From assembly GCF_964355755.1 (NCBI RefSeq), contig NC_092680.1, positions 310,001 through 374,000 on the forward strand: DNA of 64,000 nt, in the 5' to 3' direction. The position numbers and the translations under genes were made by a program. Of this stretch, positions 28,801 to 45,200 are shown piece by piece. Every line of letters begins with the position of its first letter. The first letter of the stretch is position 1. The DNA comes from Antedon mediterranea. Taxonomy: Eukaryota > Animalia > Echinodermata. The notes beneath the pieces were generated by a model. That model was not told where the DNA came from, ran no database searches, and saw only the letters and a list, made by a program, of their open reading frames with translations.

Positions 28801-29467
28801 ATCGGAGACAAACTATCTGTTTAAAGAATGTTTATTCTGGGACGGTGCGGCCATTCACACCAACTATTATAAACGTTTATTCATAACATATTATAATACA
28901 ATATCTTGCATGGATCGGATATTTTGCTAGCAATGTAGGTAGTAACATTGATTAATAAAAGCAAACTTTAACAATGTGGTATGTTGATCGCGAAAGACTA
29001 AACAATACTGTCTTTCCCACTACACCTGTATAAACTCATTTGCATAACAACGCACGGCATATCAAACCGTTCCGTATAGTACACCTGCAATGAAATATTC
29101 CATCCTACTATTAATTTCTTTTAAAATTGAGGGCGCCAAACATAACATTTACGAGATCTAATACAGGTTGAAAAAATTTTTTTTTTTAAAGATGTTAAAT
29201 GTGCTCTCCCTGCCTCAGCACTAAGGCCCTGCCACAGCCTTTTGGGGTCGTTTCCAGCACATCACCAGATGCATTGATGTTATCGCCTCATGATGTGTGG
29301 TGGAAAGGGGGACGTATGATCTGTGAACCCCAAACACAGTGGCTCGCATAGCCTTAACTCTATTCCACCGACCAGCAACACGACGCTCAGGCGACTGAGC
29401 TAACTGATCATTTTAGTTTTAACAAGGTTAATAAGATATTTATGATGTAATGATGCTTTGCGTAAGA

Positions 29468-30007
29468 CACGTATAAATAGACTATTATCTGTTCAGCTGT
29501 TCAGTCATGTACGTTGTGGCTTAACGGGTAATGCTCGGCGTTGAGTGCTCTCAACTCTACTAGATTGGGGTTCGGTTCGAACCTCGGATATGTTATTTTT
29601 GTTCATGGAAAATGAATTTTTTATTTTGAAAGAGAGATATTTAGAGGGTTAAAATGTCAGTATACAAAAAAATGTTAATTATATATATATATATATTAAA
29701 TATTCTTCCTTAAATTGAGAACATTTGAATTAGGTCCTCTACGACCTACACCATGATTTTATTGTTATTAACGAATTGTGACGTAATACAATTTGACGTA
29801 TAAATAGACTATTATCAGCTGTTCAGTCATGTACGTTGTGGCTTAACGGGTAATGCGAGTCGGCTTTGAATGCTCTCAACTCTACTAGATTGGGGTTCGA
29901 ACCTCGGATATGTTATTTTTGTTCATGGAAAATGACTTTTTTTTTATTTTGAAAGAGAGATATTATATATATTGTCATTAACGAATTGTGACGTAATACA
30001 ATTTGAC
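29468..30007 (+). mobile_element. Locally duplicated tRNA-derived SINE-like head (about 29501-29590 and 29823-29910)
   Basis: A box tggcttaacgg and B box ggttcgaacc inside a ~330-bp direct duplication. Confidence 0.55.
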
Positions 30008-30348
30008 CATTCGGAGAGCATTTAGTCCCTTCATCATAAACATTTATTTTTTTATTATGTTAAATTTATTTTACTTTATTCCGGTATAAAAAGTGGACCT
30101 AAAGGCAAAGAAATGTCAATATAACAAAATATTAACATGCAACTTTACCAGACAACTAGGGCAATACAGCGGTACCTATATTAAAATGGATTTTGAAAAT
30201 AAATCTTGAGGCTCTTGATTTTAAGCAATTGTACTAAAACAAACAATAAGTATCAGATGATACTAGTTTATATAAAAAATACAGAGCCGTGACTATGTGC
30301 ACAAATAATAGATATAGCGCCCTCAATAAATAGTAATATCTCGATTTT

Positions 30349-30362
30349 GTTACCATGGTAGT
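30349..30362. promoter_or_regulatory. RFX X-box-like motif in the ZNF474-like promoter; non-coding exon ends at 30516
   Basis: GTTACCATGGTAGT about 150 nt before donor aag/gtaggt; acceptor at 30771. Confidence 0.5.
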
Positions 30363-30819
30363 CAAGTATACATTACAAATTGGATCTTTTAAGTACGGAC
30401 GGTACGTCGTACAATCTAAGACAATACATTACTTGCCGGGTTAGTAGTCACTGTCAGTTTTATACAGGCAGTCGTGAACTAAAGTCAGAGAAGTGTGCTA
30501 GAGGACAGACGTTAAGGTAGGTACGTACTTAGTTCTTACTTACATTAACGTAATATAACATTAACAATCAAACACTAAATCTAATGTAACATTAGGGTTA
30601 GGGTAGGGGCGTGTTAGTTGGTTAGGGGAGCAGGGGTCAAAACATAAATATTGACTTGAGTACTTTGGCTTGTCGTCTGTCGCCATTTGCTCCGCTTGCA
30701 AACTTTACGAACAGAGCCTTCCAATTCCAGGGAATAAATAAACAACAGTAATTGTTATGTTTCTTAAACAGAAAAACTGAAAAGCTGATGTCAACAATAA
30801 TAAGAGCAAACATTATGAG

Positions 30820-34782
<3,963 letters not shown>

Positions 34783-35643
34783 TTTCACCTTTCACCTAGT
34801 TACCTGATACAGTACACTTGACTGCACAATGTTGAAATACTGCGATAGTAAACACAAAACGGCGGTATGAGCTGGTTGCTATGTACTGTACACTAGGTTG
34901 CTAGGTTTGGCACTATCATTTTGGCCACAGGACCCTTTCAGATACTACTAAAACAGAAAATGTGTTTTGTCAGAAAGTGGCTAAAGCTCTGTCTACACTA
35001 TCAAACTAGCTTGACAAATATGTGATATGCTAAAATATGTTAGTGATGACATCATCATGTCCATATATGGGCACATCACATTTGTTTTCACATAAAGTTT
35101 GATAGTATACACAGACCTTTATAAGCATTGCACCAGAAAATACACAACGTTTTGTTGTCATGGGATCAAAGAAGATAGTCTTTTTACTTAAAGTCAAATT
35201 GTTCTATTTTTAGTGGCAATGAATCCATTTTTTTCTCTTTTATGAATGTTTCACTAGATAGTACTATGTTCACTATTTCAATACATCCTTTAATGTTGTT
35301 AAATTGCAAATTATAATTATTATTATATAGATTTATTCACATTTTGAAGTATATTTTTGTTAGAAGTGCAATACAATTTTAGAAAATATGGCATGACGTG
35401 TGTGCGTGTTTTTTTTTCTAAGAAAAAAATAATACAACAAATTAGTTTTTTCTTACGGCAATCAATACACAATTTGCAGGTTGTGACAAGATTATGACAT
35501 GATACATTCATAAAATTGTTATGAAACTACGGAAACAAATGATTGGAATTCTTATTATTACCCTTGTTAGTATTACAATACAAAACTTGCAAATCTATAA
35601 TTATATACATTTTAAATTGACTGCTTACTCATTTACGAATGAA

Positions 35644-35794
35644 TTAGTTGATGGGAGTACTATTTGTACAGTTAGTTGATGGGAGTACTATTTGTACAGT
35701 TAGTTGATGGGAGTACTATTTGTACAGTTAGTTGATGGGAGTACTATTTGTACAGTTAGTTGATGGGAGTACTATTTGTACAGTTAGTTGATGG
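35644..35794. repeat. 28-bp minisatellite, about 5 copies
   Basis: Unit ttagttgatgggagtactatttgtacag. Confidence 0.92.
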
Positions 35795-37598
35795 TAAATG
35801 TGATCAATATATACCGCTTTCACATTGCAAAAACCGGGGTATCAACACCGACGTTTTGATTGGTGTGAACTAAAAAATCAAACTACCTTGGAATTAAATA
35901 CACCAGAGTTGAAGAGCTGAATGCAATGCGCCCTTCAAAGTACAGAAACACACTGGGTATGCCATATAGAATAGTTATAATAACAGACTTGCAACAGATT
36001 AACATTGAGAATACAGTTTATTAACATTAACACAATCTAACAATGAAAAACAATGAATTTACATTTGTCCAACATATCAGCAGGCTTGTAGGCCCAATTG
36101 CTCAAAGCGCAACAAAGTCTAAAGATGTGCAAAGACTGAGTGAATATAGACGTCCACAAGACCAGTAAGTTTATACACCAATGTGAAATATGTTTTGCAA
36201 ATAGTAGGTCTAAAACACGACTACTAGCCCCAATGCAACATGTAGCTTAGGAGTGCTAAACCAGGGGCTTTTCCCCTTTTCATTTTACGCCACTATTCTT
36301 AGTGTATTAACAGTTGTATCCTCAGTTTAATAATGAAGTTAAATAATACAATATAATAAATACTAGTTCAGTAAACTTTAACCTTTGAATTAGAATTTTT
36401 GCATGGTTCTTATTTACAGCCAGTCGAATCAATAATAAACAATGGTAATCAAAAACGTTTGCATTACACAGCAAAAGCCAAGCAAGAAATGATACGGTTA
36501 CATTATAATAACACAGTTCATGCAATCAATAGCTAAATTATTATAAACGTTTTTGTGAGGAATGTTAGGGTATCTCTTTCAAACTGGGAAGGAAATTTCT
36601 ACTGCTATATATTACATTACATTATGATTACTGAATCTCTGGGCATCACTAATTGACATCACATTAAATAGTTATCTAGGTCATAGACTATGCATTATAC
36701 ACCTAGTTGTAGTTACTTCGTCCCTACATGGTAACTTGATGCCAGGATGGGAACAAACTACCCCCACCCTAGATAATGCATTATACACCTAGTTGTAGTT
36801 ACTTCGTCCCTACATGCTAACTTGATGCCAGGATGGGAACAAACTACCTCCACCCTAGATAATACAGGTCTAAATGCAGTGACATCTTACATTCTATCAA
36901 CATTACATGCCAATGTTACATATCTATCCTAAATGAGATGGAAAATTAGATGAGGTGGTAGATATTTATTATAGCAGAAAAAAAAACATGATATATTATT
37001 TATTTAATTCATACTAGTCTGTAATGATATAGAATATACAATTGATACTGTGTTCCCATTCATACTTACACCATTACAATATACAATTATTATGGCTAAT
37101 ACATTCTTATTTTACTGCTGTATTTTAAACATTAAAACCATATCTTTATAAAATGAGTAAATACAAACTTCAACACCAGGAATACACCAAATTTAAACTA
37201 AAATGTTTTATCAAACATCGATTGTGACACGAATGGGCTTTAAATTATGCAAAAATTAACTTCACATAATTAATAATTGTAGCAAAACTGTCAAGGTAAA
37301 TATAAATTTGTTAAAAAGAATCAAAATTCACCAGTTTGAAAGAGATAATAAAATTCACGCTTTTTTTAAAAAACAAAATGCTGATTGCCAGTGACCAATT
37401 ATGAAATAGCTGACACAAAACTGAATACTGTATTTCCTTTTTTCACAAAAGATGATACTTCGCTTTCATTCTTGGGAGAAATGTTACCTAAATGTTTAAC
37501 ACCACAACACATTTTATGTACAGATGTCGGAAGAGTGAGGTTTTAACTATAAACTATATGTTTACGAGTTTTACTTATAAATGAATGAAATTTGAATC

Positions 37599-37736
37599 AA
37601 TGCAATGTAACTAGTAATCTCTTACAGTACATATGGATATATTAATGCAATGTAACTAGTAATCTCTTACAGTACATATGGATATATTAATGCAATGTAA
37701 CTAGTAATCTCTTACAGTACATATGGATATATTAAT
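37599..37736. repeat. 45-bp tandem repeat x3
   Basis: Unit aatgcaatgtaactagtaatctcttacagtacatatggatatatt. Confidence 0.92.
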
Positions 37737-39295
37737 ACCATTAAATATAGTTATACTATACACAACTCATAAACAGAAATGCAATAATTTAAACAACGAA
37801 TAATCAACATATATAGTTACACATGATCTTTTATATATTTATTAGTAGGTTTATATTTCTTATACTATCAATGGCAATAAATGCCAAATGTAGGTACATC
37901 ACTATAAAAACAAGAAAGCAACACATTCCCATAATAGAATCAACCAATCATTGCATTTGATTGGCAAGTTGCAAACTTGGGACTAGTGAATTAAACTATA
38001 TTTTTGGGATTTTGTACGATAATAATAAATCATAATAATGCATATTTCTGTCCGATTATTTGTATTCCATATGATTAAAACAGTTTCAAATATGTACATT
38101 ATGTGAGAAAAATCACAATAATACAGAATATATAAATATACATATATATAATATATAAATGATTATCCTACAGAGAACCCATTGGATTAGTTCAACAAAA
38201 AGTGACAAATTTGGTAGTTTATCAAGTCGAGTCTGAGTACTAATTTTAAAACAATTATAAAACTATCAGAATCAGTAGTAACTACTAAGAAATAGCAGTA
38301 CATATATTGATCAAATAATTGCATTATAAAAAAAAATTATACTAATACTAAAGGCATGTATTAGCTAAAGTATATTTATTTAAAAAAAGTTGTTTGTGGT
38401 TTTTTTAAATTCAGTTTAGATGACTAGATGCCCACTTGAGAACAAACCTTGTACTAAAGTATAAGGCATCTCAGAAGGGACAGGCATCTCAGAAGGGACA
38501 GATATCTCAAGAATTGTTAGGAATATATTGCCTGAAACATAAAAACAACTTTAAAAAATTAAATCGGTCAAAACAGAAATCACCCAAATTTATTCTTTGG
38601 AATATCAGAATCATTTGGAATCTATATCTATTTGCTTTAATTAACAATATCTGATTATTTTCACTAATCCATAACTGCTAATAATATATTATATTTACAA
38701 TTCAGATATTTTGTATATAGTTGCTATGGAAGAGTTCAATTAAATTATCTTCCATTTTTCAATCAGTTCAAAACCCTATCTTTCAGAAACAAAATCTATT
38801 AGCATTATATGCTAAAATGCCATCAGTGTAAACAGGGCCTTAATTTTATCATATGTATTCACATGACGTATCAAATCAAGAACCTTGCTAGCTACAGGGC
38901 TATTAAATGCTCAAATTAATGTTACAATTTTTAGTATGCTACAAAATAAATTGTTTCAATTAAATTGTATCTCTTATTTATTGTGTTATTTCCATTTTCT
39001 TTACCAATTTGTAATTTTTCCCCTCTAGATTATGTGATGAATGAATATAAATTGTAATAACTGATTAACTATTATAGTAACCATGCCATTCCACTACATA
39101 ATTGATCATTGTTGACTAACTAAGGGAATGACTTTCTAACCACCACCACCACCTAAAAGGTAAAACTATTTTATATACTTTCCACACCATCCAGTGTTCA
39201 ACAACATACACAACTTCATCTTATAGGTAGTATATCTCAAAAACCTCTAAACAGTAACATTATTTAAATAATTTAAAACTCTTTCTTCTTATTCA

Positions 39296-42200
39296 TTACA
39301 TTTGGTTATTGCCGGCGCTGGCACCACTGAACATTCCAGAAGCCATACCACTTGCAGCTCCTTTAGCTGCTTCCTTGGTTGCGGTTTGAACGCCTGGGTT
39401 GGTCACGACACCTCGGGCGAACTCTTCTTGTGCTTTCTGGAAACTTGCACCGGTACTTCGGTACAAGGAGTGTACCTGTGAATGGTCATTGAAAGAAATG
39501 TTATCAAAATATACTTTATTATTTCACAAAAAATATGATACTAAAAATTTGGTTCATACATTTTTTTTCTGTTTTTTTGCTCATTTTAAAATATAAATAT
39601 TTTTCTGTTAAAAAATGTTTTGTTCATGAGAATACTGCAACAATTTAAGGTAAATTTATTAAAATATCTATTTATCTTTTGCTTACATGCATTAATAGAG
39701 AATACTATTAAATGCACAATGAATTGATACAGTTTATCAATATTAATATACAGTGATATGAATGGTATGTTTTGGTGTTTTGTTATTGGATGAAAATTAA
39801 ACATGATTATAAAAGAAAATATGCAAATAAATTATTATTATAAGATTATTGTAAGCAAATATATGTTATTCAATTATTTAAATAATTGTATATAAAATAA
39901 AATATTGATAATTATATATTACATAATATGTATATATAATGTATTATTATACATTACATAATGTTATTTATAATGTATTATTTAAAATTGTAATTCAACA
40001 GATTATAAACAAAAAAGTAAAATTATTTTAAACATTTTGTTAAATTAAGTTAGAAAATAATGAGTTAAGAAATAAGCTTGTTTTTTGCAAAGCTTTTTAT
40101 CCAAAATATTGAATTAAATTTAAAATTCCACCACCATAAGAAAATTTAAGAAAACAAATCAACATACACATACAAACAAATCAGCACGTTCATAAGTTAT
40201 TTACCCGGGTTGACTTCATGAACGAATCATCGCTAACTTTGCTGGGTAGATCAGCAACTTACCCGGGTAGATCAGCAACTTACCCGGGTAGATCAGCAAC
40301 TTACTCGGGTAGATCACCAACTTACCCGGGTAGATCAGCAACTTACCCGGGTAGATCAGCAACTTACCCAGGTAGATCAGCAACTTACCCGGGTAGATCT
40401 CCAACTTACCCGGGTAGATCTCCAACTTACCCGGGTAGATCTCCAACTTACCCGGGTAGATCATTAACTTACCCGGGTAGATAACCAACTTACCTGGGTA
40501 GATAACCAACTTACCTGGGTAGATCACAGAATTACCTAGGTAGATCTCCAACTTACCCGGGTAGATCTCCAACTTACCCGGGTAGATCACCAACTTACCC
40601 GGGTAAATAACTAAGCATGAACGTGCCCATAGTACAGAGCACACATTATTTACAATACACAATCTGTAATTACACTGTATAAACACACATACAAATTACA
40701 AATACTATCACTACAGATCTCAGACACTAAACTGTTCTTACATTAAATACTCACTTCGTTCAATTTAAAAAAAAATCTAATAACAAGCAATTGCATTTTT
40801 ATTGCGATATTATTTTTATATTTTCCTAATTATTCATTTATTTATGAATTTTGTGGCAGAAGAAAATTATATTATATTTTGAATTTTAAATTGATTTATT
40901 TTGTTGTTATTTTTATTTATTATTTAATCAATCAATTTATTAAAAATTCGCATTAATTTGAATTCATTTAAATACAAACTTGTATCAATATTTATTTTTG
41001 TTGAAATGTTTAAGTTTAATTTCAAATTTTAAATAAGAGAATTAACTATATATCATCTGTATATACCAATTTGTTTTAGGATATTTAACTAGTTGTTGGA
41101 GACTTTCACTTTACCAATGCAATCTTTTGGTCATTTCCATACCTTTTTTAGAAATAATAGATTTAATGTAGCTAGTACAGTGAACAGGATTGCAACTATC
41201 ATCATGATTAAACCAGTGGATATGCGTTGAGCGTTGGACATGTCACCATCGGTGAACACTTCAATGGACACGATCCAACCGCTAATGACATTATACAGTG
41301 ACAGTACACACAATGAGTAGAAGATGAAGGGATGGAGGTAGTGAATATATGAAAAGAAAGCAGTAACATTAATAAAAGCAAAACGAAACAAAAAAGTGTT
41401 ACTAAAATGTTGTCATGATAACATATGATTTTTCTTGCTTTAAAAGCTCTTTTAAACTAAAATGTTTGACAAAACTAATAAATGTTATTTTATGTTATAT
41501 ACAGTTAACTCTTTTGTCCACCATATACAGCAGATTCTATAAGATGATGCTAAACTGAATATTATAAATTTTGGGAAAACGTGGAACGTTTTACAATTTT
41601 TTAAGTAGTTTATATCAGCTTCTGCTTTTACAGATTTTTTCGAGAGAAAGTGTTTAAGGTGATGTCATGAATAATATTGCCACACTACTACTTTTAAAAT
41701 TTAAAAAATTAGATGTTACCATGATCAACACTACTATAATACCTTTGTGCAATATTAAGCAAACTAAAAGAACTATATACAACTGTTAGAAGTTGTTAAA
41801 TAACATATTATTGGGACTGGGTTGCGTTTATACCTTCTTGATGAATAAAAGATTTAATGTAGCCAATGCGCTGAACAGTATAGCGACTGTCATCATGATA
41901 AAACCAACTGACAGACGTGAGCCTTTGCTAGATTCACTGTCCGTTAAAACTTTGATTGTTACTATCCAGCCACTAATATACATGATAAAAATTGTAAAAA
42001 AAAAACATTAAATATATTGGGTGTTTTAATTTTAAATTAAAAAAACAAACAAACAATAATGTATAGAAAAATTCATTTGATTTTGTTATCATGATGACCA
42101 AACCTGAAAATATGAAACGTAAATATTTTGGAACATAGCGTTTCATACGTATACTTGAGCTTGTTAACATCTATTAAAGTAAAGGTTCTCAAGTAATAGC

Positions 42201-45200
42201 CGATATAGAGACATAACGCTGTAAACATGGCGGCACAACAGATTGTTTTGCTTCTAATCAAATTCATCTTTCATTAAATAACAGACAATTTATGAATGAA
42301 AGTTAACAAATTTCTGAAATATAGTCAACTTGTCAAAAAAATTAATTAACAAAGCAAAAAAAAAATTTATTTGGTTTCTGTAAATCCCATTATATTCAGT
42401 TGGCAATGTATTTAAGCTAGGCTAAAAAAATGCAAGTTTAAACAACAAGATACAGTACAACAAAGTTTAGAAAAAACCATTGTACTTTTATTTACCCGTG
42501 TCTTAAATTATTATCATTTGACCTTAATACTAAGTTTTTTAAATAAATATTTTTAAGCATTAGTAGGTCCTTTCCTTTGCTGCTTAATTTTACTAACTGT
42601 AATATGTCATAACTGGATTTATAACTGCAGTTATGACAATTTTATAACATAATTGCCTTTAATATGCGTTGTTAAAGAGCAGCACGCACGCAAAACCTGA
42701 TTAATATTTTTCAGATGATTTCAAAATTAGTAAACATTCACCTACATGTAAAGTAATTTTTATTTTATTTTTTTATTAGCAAAAGAAAATAAGAGTGTTT
42801 TATTAAATACCTTCCTAATATAAAATAGTTTTAATATGGATAATGCAGTGAATAAAATGGCTACACACATCATCCACAAACCAACAAACGTTTGTCCACC
42901 TGATGAACTATTTGTCAACACATTCAGAGCTACAAACCAGCCACTGTCAAAGTTCAAAAACATTTTTTTAATAAAAATAACAAAATACTAAATTAATATA
43001 AAACTAAATGGAGGAATGACATTTGTAAAACCTAATTAAATCATTATTATTATTATTCTACTTCTTGAGGGCATGGTTCATAGATTATACAATTTATGGA
43101 GAGGGGTAGTCAATGCATTTTCTACTTTTTGAGTTATATCTCGCTCTCTGAGAGAGGCTACTGTTGGTTTATCCAGGTAAGCTAGACACAAAATAGTCAA
43201 TATTATTGGTTGAAAGATCATCACATGACCAAGTGTAGATTTATTAATTTCAAAGTTGGGCGCGTTGGACTAAATAGTGAATTTAGACTAGAATAGGAAA
43301 AGTATATTTATATAATAACAGTTCATCTAGTGATAAGAAAATGACCGATAAAAAATGAAAGCCAAAAAAATAAATAAATTATGGTAATACAGTTAAAGTC
43401 CAGAAAAATAAAAGATGATTGAAGTCAGCAAACTTCACTATGTTAACCTATATTTTCTTTGTGTAATTGTCTTATTTATGTATTGTCCTGTCATTGTCAT
43501 GTTTATATTGTCATTGTTCGTTTTATATGTATAAGTTTATTGCCTTAAAAACGCATTTTGAATTTTTCTCTCAATTTTTTGCATTATTTTATCTATTTAT
43601 CTCACCTTATATTCTTATGCAATTTGGAAATATATTGAAATGAACTATTTGGTATGTACACAGTTAAATTATATGAAACTCTGTGCTAGACGATGATTTA
43701 TTTTGACCTATAGATGATTTATTTTGTAAGAGGATTTATAAAAAAAATGTACTGAACATTAACGGATCGAATGAATGTTTAATACTCGCAGAAAATGCTT
43801 TATGAAATGTGTATGTTCAATTGTAAAAAGGAAAAAAATGAATATTTTATGGTGACTTAACAAAGGGCAACATCGACAGATAATGGTATGCATGGTTGCA
43901 CAATTAGAAGAAAATGCTTGTGTATATGTTGATAATTAGCTGGTGTTTGCTGTATTTGGAACAAAAGCTGACACTATGATGATAAACACTGATGGTTTAT
44001 TAAGATGACTTAGATCACCTTTTTGAGATACATAGCATCCAGTGTAGCCAGCAAGGACCAAACACCACCCATAAATAACATCAAACCGCCAACAACTTTT
44101 GCTCCAACACCGTCTTCTTTTACTACACGAATACCATTGATAAACCCGCTGCCAGAGTTAGAATATTGTATCAAAATATATTTGCATGATTCAATAAACA
44201 TAAAGGTAAAAGCACTATTGAGCGTTCAATAGTGCGTACTATTGCAAGCCATGTGACCAACAATAATCTAATTAAATGTCAGGAATTTATATAGGTGTTA
44301 TATAAAAGGTAATGTTGTATAAAAATATAAAAGATATTTGCATGATTCAAGATAACACCATCAATGCGATAAACTACTTGTTTTTTACCAGAACCAGTGT
44401 CACTGAGACTTAATTAAGTCTCTGGTGAAATTCATAAGAGATTTTGTAGGTACTAAATAATAATTGTTTGACACAAGAAAATGATGATACTGTAGGACCA
44501 ACAATTTGAAATGTTTGACAATAAAAAAAATAAATATAAAAAGGTCTAAATATTTGAGAGAAAATAATCAATGAAAAAATCAGAAATTTAGTAAGAATAC
44601 TTATGAGGAGCTACTGTGTGGAAAAAATGTAGTAAAATATATTTGACTCTGTAATAAAGTAAAAATATTAGGATACTTTAAATGCATAAGATATTTCAAA
44701 TACATATACCGTATTTATTTGAATAAACCCCCCGGGTTTCATTGGCTATTTGAAGGGGGAGTTTATTGCAAACGATGTTCTATGAAGGGCATTTTTTCGA
44801 GGAAAGTGTTTTTTTCAAATAAATACAGTATATAAACATTAACATTAACAACATGAAATAAAGATGTCATCACATATTTTATCAACAAACTAGACATTGC
44901 TGAATGAAATGTATCAATGTTGATATGGAACAACGCTGTGAATTCTCTGGAGTTGTATCAAAGAACTTATAACACAAGAATCTCCTGTTCTTCAATTTGC
45001 ATTCAAAACACAGTATCGGAAGTACAGGGTTAAAAGGTCAAACTGGGCGACGCCATTTCACAGCATGGAGCAGCGCCCCCTCCAAACTAGGAAGTTAATT
45101 ACTCTACCCCCCTAGAGTATTAGCAGATCCCCTCTATGATTTTGACTTTCTAATTTGATGCGGGCGCCCTACTCCTCAGTCAATTACTCTATCCCCCCTA

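Noticed and set aside
29501-29910. Two tRNA genes
   Set aside because: A and B boxes are present but I could not fold a cloverleaf; the copies sit in a local duplication, so SINE-like
40216-40686. Heptad-repeat proteins (IYPGKL / TYPGRS)
   Set aside because: Translations of a 21-bp satellite in a SCAMP intron
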